Below are positions 36,306-49,713 of a stretch of DNA of 64,000 nucleotides, piece after piece. The position numbers and the translations under genes are program-made. The stretch lies in NCBI RefSeq assembly GCF_046119375.1, contig NW_027362769.1:368962001-369026000 (forward strand). Reading direction: 5' to 3'. The notes under the pieces were generated by a model. That model made no database searches, was not told the origin of the DNA, and saw only the letters and a list, made by a program, of their open reading frames with translations. This DNA is from Phyllobates terribilis. Lineage: Eukaryota. Position 1 is the first letter of the stretch; every line of letters begins with the position of its first letter.

Positions 36306-39300
36306 ATGCTGGCCCCAACCTGGTATATGTCCTCCGTTCTACCACTGTTCTTTAATGTATAGAAAAAAAAATAAACCATTATACTCGACACACAGAGGTC
36401 ATGGGGCCCCACGGTTCTTCATATAGTATAATGCACCCCTATAGTCCTCCATATAATCTAATGCACTCCCATAGTCATCCATATAATATAATGCACCCTA
36501 CATAGTCCTCCACATATAATGTAATATACCCCTATATTCCTACATGTAGTATAATGTACCCCCATAGTCGTCCATATAATCTAATGCACCCCCATAGTCA
36601 TCCATATAGTATAATGCACCATACATAGTCCTCTATATATAATGTAATGCACACCCATAGTCCTCCATGTAGTATAATGCACCCCCATAGTCCACCGTGT
36701 AGAATATTTCACAGCCCACATGCAGTATAATGCACGGCCCATAGTCATCCATGTAGTATAATGCATGGCCCATAGTCATACATGCTGTATAATGGACATC
36801 CCATAGTTCTCCGTGTAGTATAATGCACAGCCCATAGTCCTCCGTGTAGTAAGGGACCCTAGGGTAGGGCAGGGAGGGTATGAACCGGTGGACAACACGC
36901 TCGCTTTCTGTACCTATCACAGCTGTGAGAAGTTGATATTTGTTGGAGTCTGGAGTACCCCTTTAATTCTTTCATTCTGCAGGTGTATGGCCGGCGTGCT
37001 CTTCTTCTTGCCGTAGACCGCATATCCTTGGCTGTGGGCCGCGGAGAATGCTTTGGACTGCTCGGCTTTAATGGAGCTGGTAAGACGACCACGTTCCGGA
37101 TGCTGACTGGAGACGAAAGCGTCAGCTCTGGGGACGCCTACATCGATGGGTACAGCATCCTAAACCACACAAAGAAGGTAAGTGGAAGGTGCAAGGACCA
37201 GGTATTATTTCCGTACATATTTAGCCCCCCCGTGTCTTATCAGTGTCTCTCTCTCTTGCTCAGGCCCAGCAGCGGATCGGCTATTGCCCGCAGTTTGACC
37301 CGTTACTTGACCATATGACTGGTCGCGAGACACTGTGCCTGTATGCCCGTCTACGGGGCGTCCCGGAGATCTACATTAATAGCTGCGTGGAGAACATGCT
37401 GCGCGGGCTTCTCCTGGAACCTCATGCTAATAAACTAGTTCGGGCGTATAGGTGAGTAGGTGGGCCGGCCCGGCGGTCTCTGTTTCCTTTTCTTTTATTT
37501 CTTCCTATAACAAAAATATAATGTGTTCTCTCCCATACGTCCCAGTGGTGGAAACAAGAGGAAGCTCAGCGCTGGCATCGCTCTGATCGGTGGTCCACCA
37601 GTCATCTTCATGGATGAGCCGTCTACTGGAATGGATCCAGTGGCCCGGAGACTTCTGTGGGATGCGGTGACCAGAACTCGAGAGAGCGGCAAGGCTGTGA
37701 TCATCACTTCCCACAGGTGAGACGCCATTGTGTGTGGAGCTTGGAAGAGACTTTTTTTCTAATCCCTTGATGTATTCCAGCATGGAGGAGTGTGAAGCTC
37801 TTTGCACGCGGCTCGCCATCATGGTGAACGGTCAGCTCAAGTGCCTGGGCAGCCCTCAGCACCTGAAATGCAAATTTGGTAGCGGATACACGTTACTAGC
37901 CAAGACGTCTCGAGGCGGAGATGATCTGGTTGCCTTTAAAGATTTTGTGGAGACCGTCTTCCCAGGTTAGTGTGTGCATAGCAGATACAGCATAGGCCTA
38001 GAGCAATGGCACCTGTGCAATCCCAGAACCTCTCCTGCAGAGCAGAAGGAGTGATTGTCTGCAGTGGTCATGCTTCGAGATGAACCTCTATTTTTTCATT
38101 CAGTTCCTTCTATGGCAGACTCCGTTCTTAAAGGGGTTGTGCACTATGGGACAACCCCTTCTTAATTGCTTAAGTGCTCCACGCAAAATGTAAAAAGAAA
38201 ATTAAAATAACACATATCTCACTGATCGGCCGCAGTCTGCCAGTATTCCTTCAGATCAGACGCCCGCTCTGAGGGTGTAGTGAAGGTTGCAGCTGATCAG
38301 CAGATTCTGATTGTCTGCAGCAGTGGCGTGACACAATGTCACATGATTGCTAGAAATCAGTGTCCCTGGAACAGCACTGAGCCAGGAGGCAAGTCTGTGT
38401 TTTTGTTTTTTTAAAATTTATATGGGGATGTACGCAATTAAATAGATTAAAGAGGTTCTTCTTATTTATGGCCACCACTAGGGGGAGCTTCACCCCTGGG
38501 CGATTCTCCTTTTTTGTTTTTTGCTCCCCTTCTTCCCAGAGCCATAACTTTTTTTTCTTCTTTCATTTTTGCGTCCCTATAGCCATGTGAGGGCTTGTTT
38601 CTTTGCAGGACAAGTTGTACTTTTGAATGACACCATTGATTTTACCATATCGTGCACTGGAAAACGGGGAAAAAATTCCAAGTGCGGTAAAATTGCGAAA
38701 CAAAGTGCAATTCCACAATTGTTTTTTGTTGTTTTTTTTTACCATGTTCACTGAATGCTAAAACTGACCTGCCATTATGATTCTCCAGGTCAGTACAAGT
38801 TCGCAGATCCCAAACATGTATAGTTTTTTTTTTTTTTTTTTTTTTAATTTAAGTGGTGAAAAAAAAAAATAGCTTAGCGCCATTTTCCGAGACCCGTAGC
38901 ATCTCCATTTTTTGGTATCTAGAGCTGGGTAAGGGCTTATTTTTTGCACCTTGAGCTGACTTTTTTATTGATACCATTTTGGGGTAGATACGATCTTTTG
39001 ATCGCCTGTTATTGCATTTTATAGCAATGTTGCGGCAGCCAAAAAAAACCCCTAATTCTGGCGTTTTTGTTTTTTTTTTCTCGTTACGCCGTTTACCGAT
39101 CAGATTAATTTACTTTATATTTTGATAGATCGGGCGATTCTGAACGCGGCGATACCAAATATGTGTATTTTTATTTATTTTTCATTTTGAATGGGGCAAA
39201 AGGGGGGTGATTTGAACTTTTGTTTTTTTTTTTTGTTTGTTTTGTTTTTTTTTTTCATAACTTTTTTTTTTACTTAGGAGACTTGAAGCTGTGGTCATCC

Positions 39301-40115
39301 AATCGCTGTGCTATAGGTTCATAGATTTACAATGACAGGCTCATGGCTCTTCTGCAGACCCATCGGTGCCTCATGATCAAGTGACAGGGGCGCCGATGGG
39401 TGGGATTTGTGATGCGTTTCTGCCGGGCGGGTGTTAAATGTCGCAGGTGGATCTCTGATCTCTTAGAGGCATATGACAGCTGATCCGATCCTCCAAGATG
39501 CGGCCTCAGTGCCAGAGCTCAGATCAATGCCAGGGGCACGACCAATTAAGTACCTATATGTGAAGAGTTTAATGCATGAATGCTTATGCAGCTCCCACTG
39601 ATCTCAATGACATATTTATACACTTAGCTTCCTCTAGTGGTGTTTGCCTATAACCACAATTTTTTTTTTTTTCACCCTTTCCCTTATTTACCCATGCCCG
39701 ATGGTAGTGCTGTACTAGCACTAGTCCTGTAAATGTTCTGTTTTGCCTTACAGGTAGCCAGCTGAAGCACGAGCACCAGGGTATGGTCCATTACCATATA
39801 ACAAACCAGGATCTGAGTTGGGCACAGGTAAGAAATTCGACCTCTTCGGCGCCTGTAGTATATATTATTATTATTATTTTATTTATTTTTTTAAAGCTTT
39901 GCTCAGTTGACTTTAGATGTTTTTAAGATTCAGACCCATTTTTTTATTATTTCTCTCCAATTTTTTCCCTTTTTATTTTTCAGGTGTTCGGAACTTTAGA
40001 AAAAGCCAAAGAGAAGTTTGATCTGGAGGATTACTGCGTGAGCCAGATCTCGCTGGAGCAAGTGTTCCTGAGCTTCAGTCATTTCCAGCAGCCGCCGGAG
40101 GTGGTCGTAGTGTAG
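23042..40115 (+). CDS. ABCA3: ATP-binding cassette transporter A3, complete, 1698 aa. Coding exons: 23042-23095, 23436-23691, 24458-24585, 24670-24835, 24909-25168, 25259-25375, 26068-26188, 26550-26723, 26807-26988, 27610-27756, 28104-28233, 28938-29092, 29174-29329, 29411-29621, 30562-30712, 30945-31043, 31120-31303, 31712-32018, 32161-32434, 32784-32988, 33103-33322, 34036-34197, 35584-35741, 35842-35976, 36983-37177, 37264-37451, 37546-37716, 37781-37965, 39754-39827, 39984-40115
   Basis: 30 exons, all GT-AG with phases in register, total 5097 nt. N-terminus [18 protein letters not shown] (human MAVLRQLALLLWKNYTLQ); Walker A GHNGAGKS and GFNGAGKT; Walker B LDEP and MDEP; two TMD-NBD halves; exon count matches human ABCA3 as recalled. 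Confidence 0.96.
23692..24410. repeat. 37-bp minisatellite, 19 full units plus a partial, starting at the donor of ABCA3 coding exon 2
   Basis: Unit GTAAGGCGGCCTACTCTGGGGGTCCCATATATCCCGG; GT positions run 23692 + 37n up to 24395. Confidence 0.97.
27196..27338. mobile_element. T2/TTAA-type MITE
   Basis: TTAA on both flanks, TIR AGGGGTTGT/ACAACCCCT; related degenerate copies near 5600-5750, 7140-7290 and 8150-8250. Confidence 0.8.
28425..28864. mobile_element. Fold-back repeat with about 200-bp arms, each arm carrying a hammerhead-ribozyme motif (28566-28608 minus; about 28691-28727 plus)
   Basis: Arms 28425-28630 and 28671-28864 are reverse complements. CUGAUGA-stem II-GAAA cores are present in both arms. 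Confidence 0.8.
29702..30140. repeat. 33-bp minisatellite (unit GAGCTCCCGCACAGCACCCTCTATACGCAGGGT), degenerate at its 5' side
   Basis: Tandem periodicity in the intron after ABCA3 coding exon 14. Confidence 0.95.
33619..33985. repeat. 38-bp minisatellite (unit GGCTGAGCCGGGGGTCCCGCGTTATATGGCGGCGGGTA), about 9.5 copies
   Basis: Tandem periodicity in the intron after ABCA3 coding exon 21. Confidence 0.97.
34633..34766. other. Assembly gap (134 N), intronic
   Basis: Run of N. Confidence 1.
36420..36850. repeat. Degenerate minisatellite of about 32 bp (ATAGTCCTCCATATAGTATAATGCACCCC-like)
   Basis: Recurring TATAATGCAC..CCATAGTC motif. Confidence 0.85.
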
Positions 40116-41038
40116 AACTTTTTCCAAAAGATCTTGTGAAATATCTCCGCGGACTGCAGACGCCGCCTTTGGTGCACTCTCAACTGTGACTAACTGCCTC
40201 CAGTTGCCGTCCTGACCAATTTCTGCCGTCCATCGATTCTACTTTTTGACGTCCAGACAAAACTTTGCACCTTCCTTAGTAGAAGACCCGCATCCCCGTC
40301 CATCGGTCCAACCATTTCCGAAGAATTGTCCGTCCTTAATGACCATGGTCTCCATCCCGTCTAACCCGCCTCTACCCTACGCTGATGACCAATCTCTTCC
40401 AGTGCCTCCTCCTTTCATACAAGACCCCCACATCGACCATTTCTCCCCCCATCCTGGACTTTGATATTACTTCTGTCATCCTACCAAGGGAGCGACTGCA
40501 CTGAAATCCAGTTCTACCACTGACTACAATGTACGAGGCACTGATGGATCTACTACTATATGATTGAAATTATCGCCGTAATTGTTGTATTGCTTCAATG
40601 GAAATCACTATGGTGATTTGAAAAAAAAAAAAGGCAAAAAAAAATAATTTTTTAATAATCGGACACTTTAAGCTTAAAGGGATAGAGAAGGGAATTGTGA
40701 AATACTAAACCAATGGACTCGTCAATGCAGCTGCTGTCGGGTAGCGTCACTCCCCGCAGTGCCTTCTGGCTCCGCTCGGTGCCCCGGGAGCTTTAAGGAC
40801 TGGAACCAGTTAATATTTAACCCTTTAGCCTCCGAGGGGAAGATCATACGGCTAAAAGTGATTGTATACGGACGGCTGGCGCTGACATGACCCTCGTTGC
40901 AAAACTAACCCCAAAGCTTGTGTTTTTTTTGTGCGGACACCCAGGGAACAATGTGTGCGATGCTGTCAGCTCCATTTTGTCCTTGGAACAATGTTTTGAC
41001 TGCTCCAAGCAGACATCTGATTGTAAAAAAAAAACCTC

Positions 41039-41228
41039 AATAAATCTTATTTATGCTGCTCTTTTGAAAGCCACGGACTTCATATCATTTATTCTATGTG
41101 AACCATCACCGGCGTCCCTGAAACCAAGGACTGGTTCTTATGTCGCGTTTCACTATTGAGATAGGCAGGGAGGAAAATAAAATTCTATTAGGGCGTGTAG
41201 ACTTTGACAAATATTTTATTTTAATAAA
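41039..41228 (+). terminator. Candidate ABCA3 polyadenylation signals (AATAAA at 41039, 41176, 41223)
   Basis: Canonical hexamers 0.9-1.1 kb after the stop codon; which one is used is unknown. Confidence 0.45.
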
Positions 41229-42776
41229 TATTCTACTGCTTTGTGTACAGGTTCTGTGCAGGTCAGTGTGTCTCCATGGTAACAGACTACACACAAACCA
41301 GGTGTAGTCTGATCCAGCATGAATCTGACTGCACTTGGGTTTCATTGTAGTCTTGTAATCATGGAGATGCATAGGAGCTGTATACACAAAACGGTAGGAT
41401 ATTTTTATTTGTGCACATGGCTAGACAAATCCGTCTACTCCAGGTCATGTCAGGGCTTGTAACGTAGAAAAAAAAAACTAAATATTGAAGATACCTTTTA
41501 TGATATGAGTTTCCAACTACAGGAATAAATAAATTCGAAGGACGCTGGTCCGGTGGACGGTAATCCCCGGCGCCTCTTCTGATTTGTAGGCTCAGCCTGA
41601 TGTCATTGTTGTGGCCTACGACTGACGAGAGGCAACTGTGATGCCAGCAGCTAGGAGGCTGTTTGCAGCGCCGCAAACTGACATCCTGTGACTTGATCTC
41701 TATTCCCAAAATATAATTCACAGTATTGACTGCTTCAGAGCTGAAATCTTCTACTATTCTTTGCTGTCTTTAGTGCATGGAGCTTGATCCCAGGAATTGT
41801 CCTCTGTACACTGTTAGGAGTTTCTGTCAACGAGCCATTAACAACTAGCAGAATTTTGATTGCAGCTCTGAAGTATAATAAGACTGACTTATGGCTTTTG
41901 AACACCTGCTTATGAGATTCATCTCATGGCCTTTAACTTGTCAATTGTACATTCAATTTTGTTTTTTTAACAGAACCAATTTACATTTCAGGCAAAACGG
42001 ACTTTATTTTAGAAAAATAGACATTTCCCACTTTGTACAGATCCCTCTAATACAAAAAAGAAAAATCGGACGACATGAGGGAGACCAACTGTGGGCATCA
42101 CACAGGTTAACAACTCTTAAAAGAATCCCCCCCCATACCCCAGTGACGCAGACAGGAGGACGACAAGGGGAAATGATCTGCTCGCCCCCAAGCAGAAAGG
42201 ACCTAATAGGGGGATCAATGTGCATTTGGGACCGCTAGGGTCCATCAACATCACTCAATGTCAAGTTTGTACAACTTTGCCCCTTCCAATACCTATAGTG
42301 CAGTGATAGACAAACCGTGGTTCTGTAGCTGTTGCAGAACTACAACCCTTAGCATCTTCTCTCCTCTAAATGCTGGGAGTTGTAGAGGGTCGTAGGTCGC
42401 AGTTTTCTGCGTAGTGCATAGTACCACCTTGCTGGTGTTCCCCTTCCCCCTGGCGATGGCTTTTTACCATCAATGTGCAGTAATACTTCCCTCCCCATAG
42501 AGAACCATGGAGGCAGCTGGACATGAAGGCCGGTATAATCAGTACCTAATAGTTCTGTGCTTTCCCAATAACCTTGAATCCTATAATCCTTGTAGAAATC
42601 GCATTATAGAAGCAGTCGCAGGAAAGGCACATTGTCAGCACAGCGGCTCTCCGCCTTGTAAGATCCTATTGTGAGCGGAGCCGCCATGCATGGGATAATT
42701 TTTGGACGCTACTGAAAAAAGGGGTAAAAACGTGCATATTAACAAAAAAGGCTCAGATGTCTCCTTTCTGGGGTCT

Positions 42777-45700
42777 TCATTCGCAGTTTTCAATGTTGGC
42801 CAGAAAACGTTCTGCCCACCAGTCCTCAAGGTCGATAGGGACGAAATCTGTAAAGGAGATAGAAAAGGTTAAAAAGATCTGAAAGTAAACATCCATTTTT
42901 TTCTGATACAGAGGCTTCAAATCCTCTGCCTACAGTCTAATAGTTGACATTCTGGCTACCTGCAGAAGCCACAAGGGGNNNNNNNNNNNNNNNNNNNNNN
43001 NNNNNNNNNNNNNNNNNNNNNNNNNNNNNNNNNNNNNNNNNNNNNNNNNNNNNNNNNNNNNNNNNNNNNNNNNNNNNNCACAAAAATGGAGCTTTAGAAG
43101 CTGAACAGATATAATGTAATTAGTCAGCGCAGCATTTTCTACATTTTTTCATCCATATTATAGCTGCAAGCTCAAAAATCCTGACTTGTGCACCATGTGT
43201 GAACCTGGCCCCATAGTTTTTTCGTAACCTCATGATTCCCCCCCCCCCCCCCCCCCCCTCCCCTCCCCTCCCCTCCAGACTGATGGACTTTGGCTGCAGA
43301 GTTAGAATCTAGTTTACTATTATTGAACTCTCAAAACTCCTCGTTATAACAAAGGTTTATAGGGCAATTTAATGAACAAAAGTGTTACCTGTTTATAAGC
43401 AGATCGGCTCTGAGGAATGCGAGGCTTCCTTAAACCCTTTGATTTCCGAATATAACTTGAGGAAAAAAAAAATTGGCCTCCAAACATGCATCCACACAGT
43501 TAGGCTATGTTCACATGTGTTTTTTGCTGCATGTTTTTGTTTCCCCCCCCCCCCCCCCCAGGCAAAAAAATTTGCTGCGTTTTTCATGTTGATACAGTTT
43601 AGTGCCTGTTGTTCCTGAGTTTTCTGCACCAAAAAACGCGGTAAAATCTTACTCATTGCTTTCTATGGGTGAAGAAAAAAAAAAAAAAAAAAAAGTGACT
43701 TGCTCTTTGATTAGTAGGCTCTGTGTGATGTCACGCTGCATCAATGACATCAGAAGGTGCTTGGGTTGACAGCAGATAAGGAGCATTGCTGGGCTCTGGG
43801 GCCTCTGGACCAGGGTCCTGCAAATTTATTTGTTAATGTCTCGATCCTACTGCTTTTAAAAAATAAAAAAATATATATGTTTTTCCATTTCATTTTTAGT
43901 CCCCCTACAGGGACTTTAATTTGCAAACATGTCTCAACCAAATCACACCACTTTTAAGTGCCACTGGCAGTTAGATGGTGATATAATTGGTTATACATTT
44001 TACTAGGCCCCAATAGCCGCCACATTGTTTTTCTATTATAAGGGGCGTCATATGGCGACACGCAGACCACCTATGTGTCTGCAGCATGGAGCCTGTATTG
44101 TGCCTCGTTATAGGCTCTGCCATGGGGCATCACTGCCTACATTTAATTGAGCCCCCCCCCCCCCCCCCCCCCCACCACCACCGAATTGATTACAGATTTA
44201 TTGGCAGTTTCCTATTTAGTGACATGACCCGTAGAAGTCACATTTTACTGGAAAAACTGGATTCATACACTATGCGCCATTTATGAGGTAGCGAGGCCTT
44301 CGGGTCTCCTCAGGGCCCTGTTAACACTTCTGCCCCTGCCCTCAATATGGCAACGGCTCGAATACACTGTGGAATAATCTATACGGGGCCACAATGTGCA
44401 TCATCGTATCATTTACTAGCCATTATGGGAATACGGTCAAGGCCTAGCTCTGGGGAGAGTGCAGTGCAGCCATATTTTCCTTAGTTGTCATGGTGACCCT
44501 GATCAGGGAATGGGAGCAACCTGAGGGCCACGGTGCTAAAGGGAGACAGGATCTTGACGACTGAGCCACTTCTCCAGATTAGGTGGCCGCGTCATACGAC
44601 TAATCTGCTTACAGGGCTTGAACCAGATACATTCACTTCGTATATGAAAGTGTCAGCGCCATAAAGCTGGTGGACATCACCGAAGGAGGGGAGGGGGAGA
44701 ATTATAATGTATATATATATATATATATTTTACACACACACACGTGCCTATGACAACACTTCCTGCTTTATGCCCAGGCAGCACAAGGGGAGGGTCGATA
44801 TTATGCAGCCAAGGTTCATCATGTGAGGAGAACACTGAATAAAGGCTCTTACTCTTAAGAGATGGGCTTGGGTTCTGATCCTGATATTGCTGAGGTCCAC
44901 ATGCGTTGAGTTCCGGCTTATCCAGCTGCTGCTCCACCTCTTGCCAGGCTGAACAATACGTGCAAGAAAAGGTCAAAATATCAGTAAAATGTTGATCGTG
45001 CTCATATGAAATAATATGAAGAAGTGATTATAGTCTTCAAGGGTATCGGTTACTAGGTCAAAAGTGGACAGTTTTTTGCCCTTATTTTATTCCCGCAGCT
45101 CCCCTTAGTATTCTGTTTTTTTCTTATTTAAAATCCGCCATACAGTTCCAAAGATATAGGCCTTTTTAATTAGTGCCAATTTTTTTATGGTTTTTTCAAG
45201 GGGGTGTGGCTAACAGGGTAATAGTCTGCTTAATGTATGAAAGACACACCCCCTTGTAAAAACCATAAAAAAATTGGCAGTAATTAAAAAGGCCTATATC
45301 TTTGGAACTGTATGGCAGATGTTAAAAAAACAAAAACCTAAATAGTCAGGGGAGCAGTGGGAATAAAATAAATGCAAACAATGGCCACTTATGACAGATC
45401 CTCTTTATTCTGGAGGGGTCTACAACATCTTTAAATGATCTCAGACTTCTAACTACAAAAATAAAACCAAACACACCAACTTTACTTATTAGAAAGGGGT
45501 TTGCCGTGACTGACATATTGATGACCCATCTGTAGGAGGGGGCCCCCCCATCACTCCTATGGGTTTGCTAAAAACTGCTCTGGCAGCAGCCATAAATATG
45601 CATTGTACTGGGCAGAACTCAGAAGCCCCATACATTGCTTAGCGGCTGTTGCCGAATGCAGCTTTTTAGCTACCCCTCACTTAGTTTTGTCCACTTCCGA

Positions 45701-48700
45701 AGTGTTTTTCAGCTGCTTGGTGAGAGTGCAGGGTGTCAGACCCCCAATGATTTATCTTAGGAAGTCCTGAAAAACCAAACCCCTTTAATAACTCATTAAG
45801 TACAGGTCGGTGGGGGTCCGTGTCCTGGCACCCCCATCAATTAGCTGATTTAAAAGGGATATTCTCAAGTTTGAATGTTACCCCCTATACACAGAGAGGA
45901 GGGGGGGGGGTGACTGCTGGGGCCCCACAGATCCCAAGAGCCATGACGGAATGGAGCAGTAGTCGATCATGTGCACCTCGCTACATCCATTCTAGTAGGA
46001 GTGTAGAAGACCATCATCTCTGGTGGTCCCATTAAAAAAGGAATGGATCAGATGTGCACATAATTGACCTCCGCTCCATTCAGGTTCTCGAGTTCTGTGG
46101 ATGCCCTCAGCAGTCGGCCCCACCAGATAGTGGAGAACTTTCAGACTCGGGAATGCCCCTTCAAAGGGACCCCAGCTCTCCAGCGAGCACAGTCCAGTCA
46201 CGTACATTGGTTAGGAAAATCCTCATACATGGCAGTCACTGCTCTTAGCCTTACCCTGATATACAAAGCGGACGTTCTCCTCGTGGGCCGGTGTGTACGC
46301 GTCCTCTTCTGACGTGGGGCTAAGGGATGCGCTGCGCTTGCCGTTTACACGACTGAACACTAGTTTTGGAGCAGAAGGGCTGTAAAAGAAAAACAGATCT
46401 GTGTCACAGGAAGATGGCGTATTCCAGGAGGTGTCCTACAACAGAAAAAAAACGCAATATATACAAAAGATATAGAAATATATAATTTTCCATATGATTT
46501 CGTTTTGTATTTGACCATGAGCATCGCAAAGTATTCACACGGGGAGTTATTAAATCATGGGAGCTTCCAGAACACCATATGCATTACTTCCCACGTCAGC
46601 CATTATCTCCAGAAAAACTAAATATACTGGACGGTTTCAGAACTGGAAAAGTAACTTAGTGCGGCGGGACAGGGACGATTCACTGTGCAATGGTTTCAGG
46701 TAACGTCCAATGTGGGATAGCTGGTGATCCCTCCCTCTAATAGGGGCACAGCGTACACAAGGTCAAACTGGACAATTGGGCTAATGTAATGCAGAACAGA
46801 CAAGATTTAGGGAAGACCCTTTCACCAGTCTACATTGCACATCCATCAGGATCAAGTCTTATAAAGGTTTTGTGCATTTTTTAAAAAAAAATGTATTTAT
46901 TTATTCTTTTAAATGTGCCAAAGCCGACTTGTTATTGATAGGCTTTTAATATTTTTTTTTCTCTTTTAGGCTTTTAACTGAAATTAGCAAAAAAAGAAGT
47001 CTTTTGTATTTTAAAAGGGGACTTGAACCTGCGATCATTTGGTTTCTTGTATTTTATACTGCAATACTTCAAGTAGATTGTACATTTCACTATGAAGCCT
47101 GGCACAAGGATGGGCTTCATAGAAGTACAAAGATGGCAGGAAAGGGGTGGGCAAACCATCAGCGCCCCATGCACCTGCTCATATCAACAGGTCAGTCCGA
47201 CAGCCGCCTCAAGCACTGAGGGACCGCCTCTGTCCAGAACAGCGGTGGCCCATCTGCCACAGGATAGACCTCTCCATGGCAGGCAAGGATTAGTTCGTTA
47301 CATAATTTAGAAATTCCTCTTGCTCCACAACATAAACTTTGCAGCAGGGGTGGGAGGAAAGTGATAATGACTAAAAAAAACAACAATAAGCCCACGGTCA
47401 TTTAAATTTTTTTATTTCACAGTTTCAGCAGTCACCGTATGGGACAAATATATTCACATATTATTTTATTAGTTCAGACAGCTACACATGCAGAGGTAGC
47501 ATGTTAATTTTTTTTCGATTTGAAGAAAAGGTGGAGTGGAGGGGGCATATAATATTATAATTATTATTAACTGGGCGCCCTAGGGGACTTGAGCAAGACA
47601 CTGCAATACTACAGTATTGCAGTGTAATAGTACAGTATTGCAGCTCAAGTCCCCCAGGGCAACCAACTAGTTTTTTTTTTGTAAAATGACCTGGTGTAGG
47701 CCAAGGTTCATGGGTGTACAAACATGGCAGAAGCAGCCATGGTAATGCCATAAAGGGGGAGGGTAATGGGCTTCGGTGGGGACGCCTCTCCCCATTTCCT
47801 ACCTCTTAAATACAGCTGTTACATATGATGGACAGCAGCATTAAAGAGGTTAAACTGCTGCTGAAAAAAAAGGAGGTAGCTCCAAACTGTATATCAGCTC
47901 CACAAGCGCATTTACGGCAGATGTCGCACATTAATCCTGCGCATAGTGACACCACGAGCCTCGCAAAGTGCTGGTGCCATCCCTGACCGCCATATACAAG
48001 CCCAGATTAATAGGATCATCCGGTAATCCCGAGTCGCGTCAATACAAACCCATGACCCTTGTTCAGCACCGGGATTGCATTTTATATCCGCACATTTGCA
48101 TTCCTTCCTATGAAGCATTTTCCTGTAAAATCTGCTCAATGTGAACCAGCAGCTATCACTGCTGCATTTAACCAGCATTGTAGGCAGACATGGAAGGGTT
48201 AAGAGAGTCCAGCCCCGTCACTCCCACCGACTAAACCCAGCCCTCCCTGTAAAACACCATGTGACAATGACACCGTGCGCATGGTAACCTCTGCACAAGG
48301 TCACGCTGCGCCGGTTGCCTTTCACCCCCAAACGTAAATGGAGATCGGAGCCAATGGCGATTCTGTCCTGGCTGTGCGCCCCAGGATGTACAGGGTTAAT
48401 AAATTTAAAATCCTGGGGGGGGGGGGGAATAATGCACTCTTAACCCATTCATATCCAGGGTGCACAGATTAAAGCGGCAACACTGGGACAGCCAACATGG
48501 GGGTCACCCCCTTGCAATGTCTTAACCCCCCACCGGTACTGACCTTGGAAGGGGGTCCCAGCCGTTGGGTAAGGTGGGGATCAGCAGCTGCTGCTTGCTC
48601 TTCAGCTCCTGAAGCTTAGTGTCAATCTGCTGCTTGGGACCTGGAGAGGAAACACAGTTATCAATATGGAAGTGCGAGCGATACATTGTAACAACATGGA

Positions 48701-48903
48701 ACATTACAGAAATGTATCATCTGCGGCAGGGAGGAAGTACAGGAACCACAAAGCGGCTGCGCTGCTCCTGTGATCGCTGCAGGAACGTAATAACACTATA
48801 ATAGCCACCTGCAGCTGGAAGGTCAGCCAACATGGAGGCAGGGGGTCCTACCTGTTCTCCTCTGGGTGGTGAGCTTGCTGGGTCCTCGGGTGATGGTGTA
48901 CAT
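42777..48903 (-). CDS. MCRIP2: MAPK regulated corepressor interacting protein 2 (FAM195A), complete, 146 aa. Exons in transcript order: 48903-48852, 48640-48544, 46379-46255, 44948-44853, 42847-42777
   Basis: GT-AG introns in phase, total 441 nt. Reads MYTITRGPSKLTTQRRTGPKQQ..PKLVFSRVNGKR..YTPAHEENVRFVYQAWQEVEQQLD..NFVPIDLEDWWAERFLANIENCE*. The MYTIT N-terminus and the position head-to-head with METTL26 favour MCRIP2 over MCRIP1. Confidence 0.94.
42979..43078. other. Assembly gap (100 N, likely unknown size)
   Basis: Run of N. Confidence 1.
45061..45390. mobile_element. Fold-back MITE (T2-like) in an MCRIP2 intron
   Basis: CCATACAGTTCCAAAGATATAGGCCTTTTTAATT is mirrored by AATTAAAAAGGCCTATATCTTTGGAACTGTATGG; ends approximate. 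Confidence 0.7.
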
Positions 48904-49713
48904 GACGGGGAAGGGGAGCACTTGTAGGATGCGATGCCCCCAGTAGGAAGAGCAGGCTGCCTGTGACTTTTGACTGCAGCAGCTGGCGCTTTAAGAAGGC
49001 ATGTGCTGAAGGACACGCCCCCTCAACCCTCTTAAAGGGGCAGCTTGCTTATCTAACAAGTTGTGCAATACTGGTTGCAGTTTTTTGTAAACTTTTTTTT
49101 GGTGATGTTACTATAGACAGCTCACTGTTTATACATAGCATGGCTTACACAACCAGTATTTGTCTAATGGGATCCGAAAACTTGTAATTATGTGTGCCAA
49201 CATGCAATGTGACAATGCATGAAAAAGTTATCACACAATGCGGCATGCAACTTTAATTGGACCCTATAGGGGGAGGGGGTTTCTACCCATGCCAAAAGGG
49301 AAAAATGTAACTGGGTGCAATCATGATATGGAAGATGTAGTAAATAAGACGCTAGGATGTGAAATCGCAATAGATCAGCGACTCTGGTGGTGGGACATTT
49401 GTGGGATTTGGCCGTAGATGTCACATGACATTGAAATCTCCACGTTGCAAAGCCAAAGTGGGCCCAACCCGCTGACTTCAGTGGGACCGATCAACAATCT
49501 CATGTGACACTTTGTCCCTAAAGATGAGGGAGCAGATGGGGCATGTTGGTTTTCAATATGCCTGATCCTTTTGTTTTCAGGGAAGATAAGCAACAATCAG
49601 AGATGTCTGGTAGCAGCTTACTCCCCTTTCTCCATAGAGAACATATGCATTCTCTCCTGTACGGAGCGTGCATATGTGTGTTCTCAGAACAGTCCCTAGC
49701 GCTTTTTCTTTAA

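Noticed and set aside
23042-40115. Possibility that the ABCA gene is ABCA17 or a pseudogene
   Set aside because: All 30 exons join in frame without stops, and the diagnostic segments (N-terminus, [22 protein letters not shown]) match ABCA3.
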